Assembly (NCBI GenBank): GCA_017853375.1 | Contig: JAFMJP010000001.1 | Coordinates: 1 to 53,409, forward strand | Direction of reading: 5' to 3' | Length of the DNA stretch: 53,409 bases | Source of the DNA: Actinomycetota bacterium | GTDB lineage: Bacteria; Actinomycetota; Acidimicrobiia; Acidimicrobiales; Ilumatobacteraceae | In this document: one piece after another, positions 8,967 to 18,103 of the stretch | How positions within the stretch are numbered: the stretch's first letter is position 1 | Layout of the letters: every line of letters starts with the position of its first letter | Notes under the pieces: model-generated | Databases searched by the model: none | What the model was told of the DNA's origin: nothing | What the model saw: the letters and a program-made list of their open reading frames with translations, nothing else | Position numbers and translations under genes: made by a program

Positions 8967-8985
8967 ATCGTCACGCTAGGAGAAT

Positions 8986-9897
8986 GTGGCGAGAACGCAC
9001 TATCGTGCCCTCGTGGAGACGAGTGCCCGAACCTGGGTGGCGGGAGCTCGACCACGCACGCTTCCTGCTGCGGTGGTGCCAGTAGTGATTGGTGCCGCGG
9101 TGGCAAGCACCGTTGCGGGAATCGACGCGATTCGCTTCGCGGTGCATGGCGGGTTGGCGTTGGTGGTGAGTTTGGCACTGCAGATTGCCGTGAATTACGC
9201 CAACGATTACTCCGATGGTGTGCGTGGCACCGATGCCGTTCGCCAGGGCCCCATGCGTTTGGTGGGCTCCGGGGCTGCGAGCGCCTCGGCGGTGAAGCGC
9301 GCTGCATTGCTTGCGTTCGCCGTTGCCGGAACCGCCGGATTGTGTTTGGCGGTGCTTACCTCGTGGTGGTTGATTCCCGTCGGTGCAGTGTCGATGCTCG
9401 CCGGCTGGACCTACACCGGAGGACCAAAGCCGTACGGTTATGTCGGACTGGGCGAGCTCTTCGTATTCGTCTTCTTCGGGCTCGTAGCCACGGTCGGCAC
9501 GACGTTCGTCATTGCAGAGACGGTCAATCGACTGAGCTGGGTGTCTGGTGCTCTGGCGGGATTCTTGGCGGTTGCGCTGTTGTTGGTGAACAACCTTCGT
9601 GACATCGATACCGACCGGGCGAGCAACAAACGAACTCTCGCCGTTCGCCTCGGTGCATCACGAACTCGTTGGTTGTACGGCGCGATGTACGCCCTCGCAA
9701 CGGCGTCGATGCTGTTGGCGATCATCGACGTTCGCACGGCGGCGATCGGCGTCGTGGGGGTGCTGGCTGCCTTTCCTGCCATCGCCACCGTGCGAGCGGC
9801 GCGAACGGCGCCCGAGCTCGTCGAGGCGTTGGGAATGACTGCCCGTGCTCAGCTGGTGATTGGCGTGCTGTTTTCTTTGGGGTTGTTGATCCAATAG
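8986..9897 (+). CDS. menA: 1,4-dihydroxy-2-naphthoate polyprenyltransferase
   Basis: UbiA-family membrane protein with WVAGARPRTLPAAVVPV and NDYSDGVRGTD motifs. GTG start. Confidence 0.9.
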   Translation: MARTHYRALVETSARTWVAGARPRTLPAAVVPVVIGAAVASTVAGIDAIRFAVHGGLALVVSLALQIAVNYANDYSDGVRGTDAVRQGPMRLVGSGAASASAVKRAALLAFAVAGTAGLCLAVLTSWWLIPVGAVSMLAGWTYTGGPKPYGYVGLGELFVFVFFGLVATVGTTFVIAETVNRLSWVSGALAGFLAVALLLVNNLRDIDTDRASNKRTLAVRLGASRTRWLYGAMYALATASMLLAIIDVRTAAIGVVGVLAAFPAIATVRAARTAPELVEALGMTARAQLVIGVLFSLGLLIQ

Positions 9898-10640
9898 GCG
9901 ATCTCCTGCGCGACCACGTCGGGATGCTGCAGGTGCGCACTGTGTCCCGCGTTGGCAACGAGTGCCAGTCGCCCATTGTTCGCAGCCACTGCAATGCGAC
10001 GTGCGAGAGCGACGAATTTTTCATCGCGTGAGCCCGCGATGGCAAGGATCGGCACCGCGCACTTGGCGATCGAATCCCACATGGGTGCGGTGGCTCCCTG
10101 ACCGCACGAACGAAGGCTCGAAGCCAATCCCTCCGGAGTATTGCCCAACCGTTCCGTTACTTGGGCGTCCGTTGGTGAGAGATCGGCAAAGAGCGGCTGG
10201 GCGAGCCACTCGTTGAGAAAGGCTTCCACTCCGATGTCGATGATGCGCTTGGCAAGCAGCTCGTCGGAGCGTCTCCGTGCCTCTCGTTCCTGTCGATCCT
10301 CGATACCTGCCGTGCCGCTGAGGACGACGGCGGATATCACATTCTCGGGATGTTGCAGCACGGCTCCCAGGACCGCTCTCGCTCCGAGCGAATACCCGAC
10401 GTAGTGCGCTGATCGACCGATGGCGCAGAGCAACGACGCTGTCTCGTACACGTCGGCGACGATGTCGTGCGCCTGTCCGTGCCCCGGGAGATCAACCAAG
10501 ATGCACCGCAGATTCGGGGCGTGGATGCGCAAACGTGTCGCGACGGGCAGCCAGGACGTTCGTGTTTGTGTGAAGCCATGGGCAAACACCACCGTGGTGG
10601 GTCCGTCTCCAAGCACGGTGTGGGGCAACACCGAAGTCAT
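9849..10640 (-). CDS. menH: Alpha/beta hydrolase, probable SHCHC synthase
   Basis: The true start is the internal ATG (MTSVLPHTV...) of ORF 9849..11258; the upstream part is Arg-rich shadow. VVFAHGF, GYSLGA nucleophile elbow, AGHSAHLQHP. The MenH call rests on men context. Confidence 0.75.
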   Translation of the reverse strand: MTSVLPHTVLGDGPTTVVFAHGFTQTRTSWLPVATRLRIHAPNLRCILVDLPGHGQAHDIVADVYETASLLCAIGRSAHYVGYSLGARAVLGAVLQHPENVISAVVLSGTAGIEDRQEREARRRSDELLAKRIIDIGVEAFLNEWLAQPLFADLSPTDAQVTERLGNTPEGLASSLRSCGQGATAPMWDSIAKCAVPILAIAGSRDEKFVALARRIAVAANNGRLALVANAGHSAHLQHPDVVAQEIAYWINNPKENSTPITS

Positions 10641-11287
10641 CGCGCGATCATCTTTTTCATCAGTCGTGCGAACGTCGGTGCATCTTGGGCTCCGGGAACT
10701 GCGAGCGAATCGTTGACGACGAACGTTGGTACTGCCGTAATGTCCCGAGCTGCAGCCCACGCAACATCGTCTCGCACCGCCCGTTCGATTTCGTCGTTTT
10801 CTCCGGTAACCACAGTCGTCAACGTTGAATGGTCCAGCATCGTGCACGACGCACATTCCACGAGTGTTGCGGGATCTGCGATGTCCTTGCCTTCGGTGAA
10901 GTACGCACGCATGATCGCTTCGTTGACCGCACCCTGGCTGGATGGTTGCACACGTCCGATATACGAGAGCAGGCGGTGGGCTCGCAGGGTGTTGGCTCGA
11001 AGTGCAACGTCCATGCGGAACTCCAAGCCTTCTGCTGCTGCGGCATTCGTCACCGTCGCAAGAATGTGGTCTGCTCGATCGACACCGCCGAACTTCTTGG
11101 CGTAGGCGTCCCGGACGGGGGTGGGCGGTCCCAGCGGCGCGGTGGGGTCGAGTTGAAAGGCGCGATACGTCATCGTGAGGTCGGTGGTTATGCCCTCCTG
11201 GGCAAGGAGGGCCAGGGCGGCCTCGAATCGTCGCTTCCCGATGTAGCACCAGGGGCACACCACGTCGGAGACAATTTCCACTCGCAT
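10637..11287 (-). CDS. DsbA-family / 2-hydroxychromene-2-carboxylate isomerase-like thioredoxin-fold protein (FrnE-like), no signal peptide
   Basis: MRVEIVSDVVCPWCYIGKRRF carries a CPWC motif at the N-terminus. Its stop overlaps the menH ATG (ATGA). The track start 11311 is TTG; I prefer ATG 11287. Confidence 0.8.
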   Translation of the reverse strand: MRVEIVSDVVCPWCYIGKRRFEAALALLAQEGITTDLTMTYRAFQLDPTAPLGPPTPVRDAYAKKFGGVDRADHILATVTNAAAAEGLEFRMDVALRANTLRAHRLLSYIGRVQPSSQGAVNEAIMRAYFTEGKDIADPATLVECASCTMLDHSTLTTVVTGENDEIERAVRDDVAWAAARDITAVPTFVVNDSLAVPGAQDAPTFARLMKKMIAR

Positions 11288-11305
11288 TGCTGCCACGATA
11301 GAGGC

Positions 11306-13036
11306 ATGCAATCGGCCGACGTTACCGCCACCTTCTGTGCCACGTTGGTGGACGAGTGGTGCCAGGCCGGTGTTCGTTGTGCGGTGATCGCCCCGGGCTC
11401 AAGGTCCACCCCGATGGCACTCGCCTTGGTTGCGAACCCCTTGCTCAACGTGCAGGTGTTCCACGATGAACGCAGTGCGGCGTTTACCGCGCTCGGGGTT
11501 GCGAAATTCACGGGGATGCCGACGCTCCTGTTGTGCACCTCCGGCACTGCGACGGCCAACTTTCATCCGGCCGTCATGGAGGCATCCCACGCCGAAGTGC
11601 CGCTCATCGTGTTGACCGCAGATCGGCCACCTGAATTGCAGGGGGTTGGAGCCCCGCAAACCACCGACCAACAACGTTTGTACGGTTCGTCGGTGCGTCT
11701 GTTCCTCGATGCGGGTGTTCCCAACGACGAGCAACGCGACGATTGGCGAAGGATCGCGCAACGTGTGTTCGTGGCGGCAACGTTCGAGCGACCTGGTCCC
11801 GTGCAGTTGAATCTGCCGTTTCGTGAACCGCTGGTGGGGCTCACCGGCACTCTGCCACCACGCACCGATCGTGACGCCGGGAGAAGTCGGTTACGAACCG
11901 CGTGGAATGCTCCGCGGATGCTGAGGGGGACTGCGACGACTCCGGTAGGTACCGAGATGTTGTCGAAACTTTCGACGCGACTGAGCGGCAAACGTGGCGT
12001 CATCGTGGCCGGCGCTCGGGGCGGAACGCCATCGAAGATTGCCGCGCTTGCCCGTCAACTTGGTTGGCCCGTCCTCGCCGACCCGCTGGGTGGTTGTCGT
12101 ACCGAGAGCGACACGGCCGTTCGTCACGCCGACGGTTGGTTGCGCGACCACACGCTGGCTCAGCGTTTCGCACCGGACGTGGTGTTGAGGTTCGGTGCTC
12201 TTCCGGCCTCGAAGGTGGTCAACACCTGGCTGCGCGATTGCGGGGCTGAGATCGTGGCCGTCAGCGCATCGCCGTTCCTCATCGATCCCGACCGAAGGGT
12301 TTCGCTCCATGTGGTGTCCGATCCCGACGCGTTGTGCGACGATGTGTGCGGCATCGTCCGTGCGGCGGATTCCGAATGGACACAGCTGTGGAGGGCCGCA
12401 GAAGCCAGGGCTCGAACCGCCCTCTCCACGTTGCTGGAGGACGGTTCGTCGCTGAACGAGCCTCGTATCGCGCGCATCGTGGCCGAAGGAATACCGCGCG
12501 ACGGCAACCTGGTGGTGTCATCGTCGATGCCGATTCGCGATCTGGAGTGGTATGCGGGCTCAACGGGACATCTGCGGGTGTTTGCGAATCGCGGGGTGAA
12601 CGGCATCGATGGAGTGGTCTCGACGGCGGTTGGAATAGCGATCGGGTCGCGCGCACCGACGACGTTGCTCATCGGGGATGTGGCATTTCTCCACGATGTC
12701 AACGGCTTGCTGGGTGTGGCGAGTCGGGGCGTGGATCTTCGCATCGTCGTGGTGGACAACCGCGGGGGAGGAATCTTTTCCTTCCTGCCCCAGCGCAGCA
12801 GTTTGCCGGAGCAACAGTTCGAAACGCTCTTTGGTACGCCGCATGACGTCGATTTGGACGGATTGGCGGCCGCACACCGTGTTCCATGTCGAGTCGTCGA
12901 ATCGGCAACCGAACTCCGCGCGGCACTGGTGACACAGGGTCCTCACGTGGTGCTGGCCCGCACGGATCGAATGGCAAACGTGACGGAACACGAGCGACTG
13001 AATCAGGCGATCATCGACGCCGTGGCGACCGTCTAG
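11306..13036 (+). CDS. menD: SEPHCHC synthase (2-succinyl-5-enolpyruvyl-6-hydroxy-3-cyclohexene-1-carboxylate synthase)
   Basis: Internal ATG (residue 160 of ORF 10829..13036): MQSADVTATFCATLVDEWCQAGV...APGSRSTP. ThDP motif GDVAFLHDVNGL...VVVDNRGGGIF. Confidence 0.9.
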   Translation: MQSADVTATFCATLVDEWCQAGVRCAVIAPGSRSTPMALALVANPLLNVQVFHDERSAAFTALGVAKFTGMPTLLLCTSGTATANFHPAVMEASHAEVPLIVLTADRPPELQGVGAPQTTDQQRLYGSSVRLFLDAGVPNDEQRDDWRRIAQRVFVAATFERPGPVQLNLPFREPLVGLTGTLPPRTDRDAGRSRLRTAWNAPRMLRGTATTPVGTEMLSKLSTRLSGKRGVIVAGARGGTPSKIAALARQLGWPVLADPLGGCRTESDTAVRHADGWLRDHTLAQRFAPDVVLRFGALPASKVVNTWLRDCGAEIVAVSASPFLIDPDRRVSLHVVSDPDALCDDVCGIVRAADSEWTQLWRAAEARARTALSTLLEDGSSLNEPRIARIVAEGIPRDGNLVVSSSMPIRDLEWYAGSTGHLRVFANRGVNGIDGVVSTAVGIAIGSRAPTTLLIGDVAFLHDVNGLLGVASRGVDLRIVVVDNRGGGIFSFLPQRSSLPEQQFETLFGTPHDVDLDGLAAAHRVPCRVVESATELRAALVTQGPHVVLARTDRMANVTEHERLNQAIIDAVATV

Positions 13037-13064
13037 CGGAGAAGATCGATATCGAAAGGCGGAC

Positions 13065-14270
13065 CTAGGGGCGGATGATCGCGGCCAACATGGCCTGAAA
13101 CTTCGCTTGAGTTTCTGCCAGCTCTGCAGCCGGTTCGCTTTCGGCAACGATGCCGCCACCCGCGAAGAGACGTGCCGATCGTCGGTCGGCACTGAGTTCG
13201 GCACAACGAATGGCCACGGCCCAAGTGCCGTTGCCCTCGGCGTCGCACCAACCAACGGCACCGCCATAGCGGCCGCGCTGAATGCCCTCGTGTTCTGCGA
13301 TCAATCGAAGGGCGGCCGCGCGCGGATGGCCGCCGAGTGCCGGTGTTGGTGAGAGCGCCCCGACAAGGTCAAGGACGTGGGGATACGGATCCGACAGCAT
13401 GCCCTCCACCCGAGTGCCGAGATGCTGCACGTTGGCAACTGCGATCACTTCGGGTTCCGGTTGCCAATCGAGATAGGAACACCATGGCAGCAGGGTGTCG
13501 TGCACCATGTCGATGACCACGCGGTGTTCCACCTGATTCTTCGTGCTGGCACGCAGCTCTTTGGCGAGCTGTGCGTCCACGGTGGGATCTCCCGTGCGTG
13601 CCGTTGTTCCAGCAAGTGGGTGACTGGCAACGTGGCCTTCCCGTCGCTCGATCAAGAGCTCGGGCGAGGCGCCGATGAATCCATCGATGCTGAAGCGATA
13701 GCTCGACCCGAACGACGTCCTGAGTCGGCGCAGCAACGCGTGAACGTCGATCGCCGACGAACTCTCCACGATGATGTCGCGTGCGATGACGGCCTTGGTG
13801 ATTTCGCCGCTGCGTACCGCATTCCGAACGGCCGTCACCGCGTTGAGGTACGTTTCCATGCTGACGCCCGGTCGGATGGAGAACGAGGATCCTGTTGGTG
13901 CGCTGGGGCGTTGCGCGATGAGTGCCTCGGAGATTTCGCGTTCGGCCCCGGTCACGTACGTGACCCACGGGTCGGTGCCCTCCGCCTTTCCGATGACGAC
14001 ACGAGGAACGATGAGCTCGCTCGAGTCGCCCGAGAAGGAATGCCACCCGAGGGCCACGGCTGCACTTCCTGTGAGGTTCACGGCGTCGTCAGTCGATGCG
14101 CCAATCAGCGCCTTTCGCACCTCGGAAGCCTTTCCGCGTAACGCGATGCCTCGACCTGCAAATCCGACACCGTTTCGAACGAACAGCACGCCATCGCTGG
14201 CGGCAACGTCATTGAGATCGCAGGGTTCGTCCGTGAAGTCGCGAAGTGGACGAGTGGTGAACTTCAGCAC
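13065..14270 (-). CDS. menF: Isochorismate synthase
   Basis: Chorismate-binding domain: GASPELLIERR, PLAGT, SPTPALGGHPR, RGRYGGAVGW, AIRCA, GGGIVAES. I chose the GTG at 14270 (residue 232 of ORF 13065..14963), which overlaps the menG stop by 7 nt; the upstream part of the ORF is shadow. Confidence 0.85.
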   Translation of the reverse strand: MLKFTTRPLRDFTDEPCDLNDVAASDGVLFVRNGVGFAGRGIALRGKASEVRKALIGASTDDAVNLTGSAAVALGWHSFSGDSSELIVPRVVIGKAEGTDPWVTYVTGAEREISEALIAQRPSAPTGSSFSIRPGVSMETYLNAVTAVRNAVRSGEITKAVIARDIIVESSSAIDVHALLRRLRTSFGSSYRFSIDGFIGASPELLIERREGHVASHPLAGTTARTGDPTVDAQLAKELRASTKNQVEHRVVIDMVHDTLLPWCSYLDWQPEPEVIAVANVQHLGTRVEGMLSDPYPHVLDLVGALSPTPALGGHPRAAALRLIAEHEGIQRGRYGGAVGWCDAEGNGTWAVAIRCAELSADRRSARLFAGGGIVAESEPAAELAETQAKFQAMLAAIIRP

Positions 14271-14986
14271 GAGGACGTCCGGGTGGCAGTGAGGAGTTGC
14301 ACCAGTCCACCCGAAAGTTGTCGATGCGTCACATCGGCGAATCCGGCGGAACGGAGCATGGTGCACATCTCTTCCGACGAGGGAAGATAGGAAACGCTGC
14401 GGGGGAGGTAGCTGTACGCGGCACGGTCGGACAGCAATGCGCCGATCCTTGGCACGATACGTCCGAAGTAGATGGAGTTTCCGAATCGAACGACCGGATT
14501 GCGGGGAACGGAAACGTCGAGGAGCGAAATCCTGCCGTGCGGGCGAGTCACGCGCGCAAGTTCTGCAAAGAACGACGGGAGATCGACGAAATTCCTCAGC
14601 GCAAAGCCGCAGGTGACACCGTCCACCGAAGCGGTACGAACGGGCAGGGACAACGCATCGGCCTGGGTGCGCGGTGCAGCGCTGGTGTCGGCGGCCAACA
14701 TTCCGTACGAGAAGTCGAACGAGAGTGGTCGCAAGTCCTGTCGCGCAAGTTCGCGGCAGAAGTCCCCGGTGCCACTGGCCAGGTCGAGCACGAGCGAGCC
14801 CTCCGGCAGCCCGAGCGAGGCAACCGTCCGGCGGCGCCAGCGCACATCGAGTCGAAACGTCATGATGCGATTCACGAGGTCGTATCGCGGGGCGATGGTG
14901 TCGAACATCTGGCGCACGGCCGCCGCTTTGCGTTCCCCGGTGGGCAGGGTGTCGGAATCCCACGCACGACGTGTGGGTTCGCTCAT
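14264..14986 (-). CDS. menG: Demethylmenaquinone methyltransferase (UbiE/MenG family)
   Basis: MFDTIAPRYDLVNRIMTF and SAM motif VLDLASGTGD; position in the men cluster. Confidence 0.9.
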   Translation of the reverse strand: MSEPTRRAWDSDTLPTGERKAAAVRQMFDTIAPRYDLVNRIMTFRLDVRWRRRTVASLGLPEGSLVLDLASGTGDFCRELARQDLRPLSFDFSYGMLAADTSAAPRTQADALSLPVRTASVDGVTCGFALRNFVDLPSFFAELARVTRPHGRISLLDVSVPRNPVVRFGNSIYFGRIVPRIGALLSDRAAYSYLPRSVSYLPSSEEMCTMLRSAGFADVTHRQLSGGLVQLLTATRTSSC

Positions 14987-15048
14987 CTCCGCAAGGCTAC
15001 GGTGACCTTGCTTCGTGATTGCTGGTCCTCATGAGGCACACTGGTCAC

Positions 15049-16269
15049 ATGATCGATTTCTCCTTCCCGCCCGAGGTCGAGGATGTCCGCTTGCGAGTTC
15101 GCAGGTTCATGGACGACACCGTTCGTCCGCGCTGGGAGGCGACCAATCAATCGGAACGCAAGGAAGTGGTCAAAGCCATCGTCGAATTGCGTGCGGTTGC
15201 CCGTCGTGACGAGAAACTCTGGTTGCCGCACATGCCGAGCGAGTGGGGTGGGATGGGCTTGGGGCCGACGGCGATGGCCGCCGTCTCTGCAGAAGCAGCC
15301 AAGGTGAGCATCGGGCCCTTCGTTCTGAACGCTCAAGCTCCGGACGAAGGCAATCAGCACACGCTGTTGCATTGGGCCACCCCCGAGCAAAAGGAAAAGT
15401 ACTTGCGGCCCCTCTGTGAGGGCACGGCGCGATCATGCTTTGCGATGACGGAGCCCGAAGTGGCGGGCAGCGATCCGACGCTCATTCGTACGCATGCCTA
15501 TCAAGACGGTGACGAATGGGTCATCAATGGCCACAAGTGGTTCATCTCCGGTGCTCGTGGTGCCCAGTTTGCACTGCTGGTCGCCCGAACCGAAGATGAT
15601 CCCGAGATTCCGCAAGCGGCAAACTCCTGTTTCATCGTCGACATCCCCAGTGAGGGTTTCAACATCGTTCGCGACGTGGAGACGATGTCCGGTGGGCACA
15701 ATCACTGCGAGATCGAAATCAAGGATCTTCGCGTGCACAAGTCCCAGATGCTCGGAGGACGCGGTCAGGGTCATCTTCTCGGCCAGTATCGACTGGGGCC
15801 GGCACGTTTGGCACATTGCATGCGCTGGATCGGCCAGGCAGAGACTGCCCTCGACATGATGGTTGATCGCTCGTTGAATCGTTTCTCGCACGGATCGCTG
15901 CTGGCGGAGAAGCAGGGAATCCAGTGGTTGATCGCCGATTCGGCGATGGAGCTGTACCAATGCAAATTGATGGTGCTCCATGCTGCCTACAAGATCGAGA
16001 ACGGTCTGCCGTTCACTTCGGAAGTATCGATGGCCAAGCACTTCGTGGCGAACAGTTTGTGGCAGATCGTCGACCGCGCAATACAGGTTCACGGTGCCTT
16101 GGGTTACTCCACCGACACGCCCTTGGCTCACATGCTGCAACAAGCGCGCTGGAGTCGATTCGCGGATGGTGCCGACGAGATTCATCAAATGCGAATCGCG
16201 CAGCGCACCATCGCGGCATACAAGGATCACGGAACAACGAAAGCAGCGACAGGAGACCTACCACTATGA
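15049..16269 (+). CDS. Acyl-CoA dehydrogenase
   Basis: MIDFSFPPEVEDVR N-terminus, CFAMTEPEVAGSDP, C-terminal GYSTDTPLAHMLQQARWSRFADGADEIHQMRIA. Its stop overlaps the next ATG (ATGA). Confidence 0.9.
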   Translation: MIDFSFPPEVEDVRLRVRRFMDDTVRPRWEATNQSERKEVVKAIVELRAVARRDEKLWLPHMPSEWGGMGLGPTAMAAVSAEAAKVSIGPFVLNAQAPDEGNQHTLLHWATPEQKEKYLRPLCEGTARSCFAMTEPEVAGSDPTLIRTHAYQDGDEWVINGHKWFISGARGAQFALLVARTEDDPEIPQAANSCFIVDIPSEGFNIVRDVETMSGGHNHCEIEIKDLRVHKSQMLGGRGQGHLLGQYRLGPARLAHCMRWIGQAETALDMMVDRSLNRFSHGSLLAEKQGIQWLIADSAMELYQCKLMVLHAAYKIENGLPFTSEVSMAKHFVANSLWQIVDRAIQVHGALGYSTDTPLAHMLQQARWSRFADGADEIHQMRIAQRTIAAYKDHGTTKAATGDLPL

Positions 16270-17225
16270 ACGCTTTGCAATTCGGCGTATTCATGCCCCA
16301 GGGCTGGAAAATGGAACTCCAGGGCATTCCGGACGATCAAGCGAAATGGGCGAAGGCAGTGGAGATTGCGGTTCGTGCCGAGCAGCTTGGCTACGACTCC
16401 ATCTGGGTGTACGACCATTTTCACAACGTTCCCAAGCCGGCACACGAGGCAGTGTTCGAATGCTGGACGACCATCGCGGCGATCAGTCAACGTACGTCGC
16501 GCATTCGGCTGGGTCAGATGGTGGGCTGCAATTTGTACCGCGAGCCCGCCCTTTTGGCGAAGATCACCTCCACGGTGGATGTCATCAGTGGCGGTCGTTT
16601 GGATTGGGGGATTGGTGCGGGCTGGTACGAAAACGAGTGCCTGGGATATGGTTACGACTTCCCGGCCCCCAAGGAGCGAATCGCCATGCTGCGGGAATGT
16701 GTGGAGATCGTGAAGTCGATGTGGTCGGAAGCAGAGACCACCTACAACGGCAAGTACTACACGCTGGTACGCGGCAACTGCGATCCGAAGCCGGTGCAAA
16801 AGCCCAGACCACCGATCTGGATTGGTGGTGGTGGCGAGCAACTCACTTTGCGCGTCGTCGCGCGGCATGCCGACTACGCAAACTTCGGCGGAACCGTCGA
16901 AGACTTCCTGCGCAAGAAGAACATCCTTGCCGAGCATTGCAAAGCGGTCGGTCGCAACATGGACGAAATCGGACTCACGTGGTCTCCGGAGGTGTTCATG
17001 CGGGAAACCGTGAAGGAAGTCGAACAAGCCGGCTCACGGAGTTTGTGGGGTCACCCCCTCGAGCAGTGGAAGGCGACGTCGCTGGTGGGAACTCCCGAGC
17101 AGGTCAGCGAGAAAGTGGCCCAGTACGTGAAGATGGGTTGCGTCGGTTTCGTGCCGTGGTGCGCGGACTACCCGGACACCACGACCTTGGATTTGTTCGC
17201 CGGCGTCGCCAAGCAGTTCCGCTAA
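16266..17225 (+). CDS. Luciferase-like monooxygenase (LLM) class, probably F420-dependent oxidoreductase
   Basis: Internal ATG of ORF 15924..17225: MNALQFGVFMPQGW...LGYDSIWVYDHFH...RIRLGQMVGCNLYREPALLAK...GRLDWGIGAGWYENE...PPIWIGGGGEQ. Confidence 0.85.
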   Translation: MNALQFGVFMPQGWKMELQGIPDDQAKWAKAVEIAVRAEQLGYDSIWVYDHFHNVPKPAHEAVFECWTTIAAISQRTSRIRLGQMVGCNLYREPALLAKITSTVDVISGGRLDWGIGAGWYENECLGYGYDFPAPKERIAMLRECVEIVKSMWSEAETTYNGKYYTLVRGNCDPKPVQKPRPPIWIGGGGEQLTLRVVARHADYANFGGTVEDFLRKKNILAEHCKAVGRNMDEIGLTWSPEVFMRETVKEVEQAGSRSLWGHPLEQWKATSLVGTPEQVSEKVAQYVKMGCVGFVPWCADYPDTTTLDLFAGVAKQFR

Positions 17226-17683
17226 GCGAAGTACGTTCGGAACACGAGTTCCGCGACACAGCTCGGCTTGCTGGCTCCCTCGATTTCGAACGTCGCTTCC
17301 AGCGTCATCTGCACGCCACCTGTCACGTCGTCAGCGGCGAGCAGTTTTGCGCCGACTCGGAGACGTGATCCAACCGGCACGGGAGACGGAAATCGAACTT
17401 TGTTGGTGCCGTAGTTGACACCCATGACTGCTCCCTCCACTCCGTAAATCTGCGGCAGCAGCGATGGCCCGAGCGACAACGTGAGATACCCGTGGGCGAT
17501 CGGCGCACCGAACGGACCTTTCTTTGCCTTCTCCACGTCGATGTGAATCCACTGGTGGTCGCCCGTTGCGTCCGCAAACGTGTTCACCATCTCTTGTGTG
17601 ACGGTGATGTACTCGCTGTAGCCGAGGTGCTGCCCGACGTGAGCCTTGACTCCGTCGGCACCCTTCATGATGGTTTTTGTCAT
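17222..17683 (-). CDS. MaoC-like (R)-hydratase/dehydratase, hotdog fold
   Basis: FADATGDHQWIHIDVEKAKKGPFGAPIAHGYLTLSL. Its stop overlaps the LLM stop on the opposite strand (CTAA). Confidence 0.85.
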   Translation of the reverse strand: MTKTIMKGADGVKAHVGQHLGYSEYITVTQEMVNTFADATGDHQWIHIDVEKAKKGPFGAPIAHGYLTLSLGPSLLPQIYGVEGAVMGVNYGTNKVRFPSPVPVGSRLRVGAKLLAADDVTGGVQMTLEATFEIEGASKPSCVAELVFRTYFA

Positions 17684-17686
17684 GCT

Positions 17687-18103
17687 CTAGTGATACCAGA
17701 TTCGCTGGTGCTCTCTGCTCTGTGGGTGGAGCAACAAGGCCAGAAGTGCGGCGTCGAAGGCGAACGACAGGAAACTGGCACCGAACAAGCGGTACCGCCA
17801 CGGTGCATCGAGTTGGGTGTAGGCAACGAAGGTGAGGACGAACGGGGAGGCGGCCGCGCCGAGGGAGATCTTCCAACCGAGGCGTCGTTCGTTGGCCATG
17901 AGGTAAGACCCGACACCGTAGGCCGCCACCACGACCAGTCCGAAGAAGAATCCCAGGGAGTAGCGCTGACGGAAGTAGTGCAGTACGTCACCTCCATCGA
18001 TCAATTCGACGAGTGCAAAGAAACCGTTGATGTAGAGCAACCAACTGGCAATCTGCAACGTTTGTGGTTGCATGCGATCGAACCACTTGCGACCTTCGGG
18101 CAT
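17687..18103 (-). CDS. Hypothetical integral membrane protein (about 4 TM helices)
   Basis: 138-aa ORF with four hydrophobic segments, 3 nt upstream of the MaoC gene on the same strand. I recognise no family. Confidence 0.6.
   Translation of the reverse strand: MPEGRKWFDRMQPQTLQIASWLLYINGFFALVELIDGGDVLHYFRQRYSLGFFFGLVVVAAYGVGSYLMANERRLGWKISLGAAASPFVLTFVAYTQLDAPWRYRLFGASFLSFAFDAALLALLLHPQSREHQRIWYH

Noticed and set aside
10641-11258. N-terminal 206-aa extension of the menH ORF (track ORF 9849..11258)
   Set aside because: The extension is Arg-rich junk that fully overlaps the well-supported DsbA-like gene in another frame. The alpha/beta-hydrolase homology starts at the internal ATG 10640. 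Similar over-extensions were trimmed for menD, menF, the LLM gene, dinG, uppS, recO, glyQS, trpF, trpA, acpP, gap, pgk, tpiA and rapZ.
15027-15036. 10-bp palindrome CCTCATGAGG, plus the GTGACC...GGTCAC inverted repeat, upstream of the acyl-CoA dehydrogenase
   Set aside because: It is short, may lie inside the coding region if the TTG 15019 start is used, and no TetR- or FadR-type regulator gene is present in the window to give it context.
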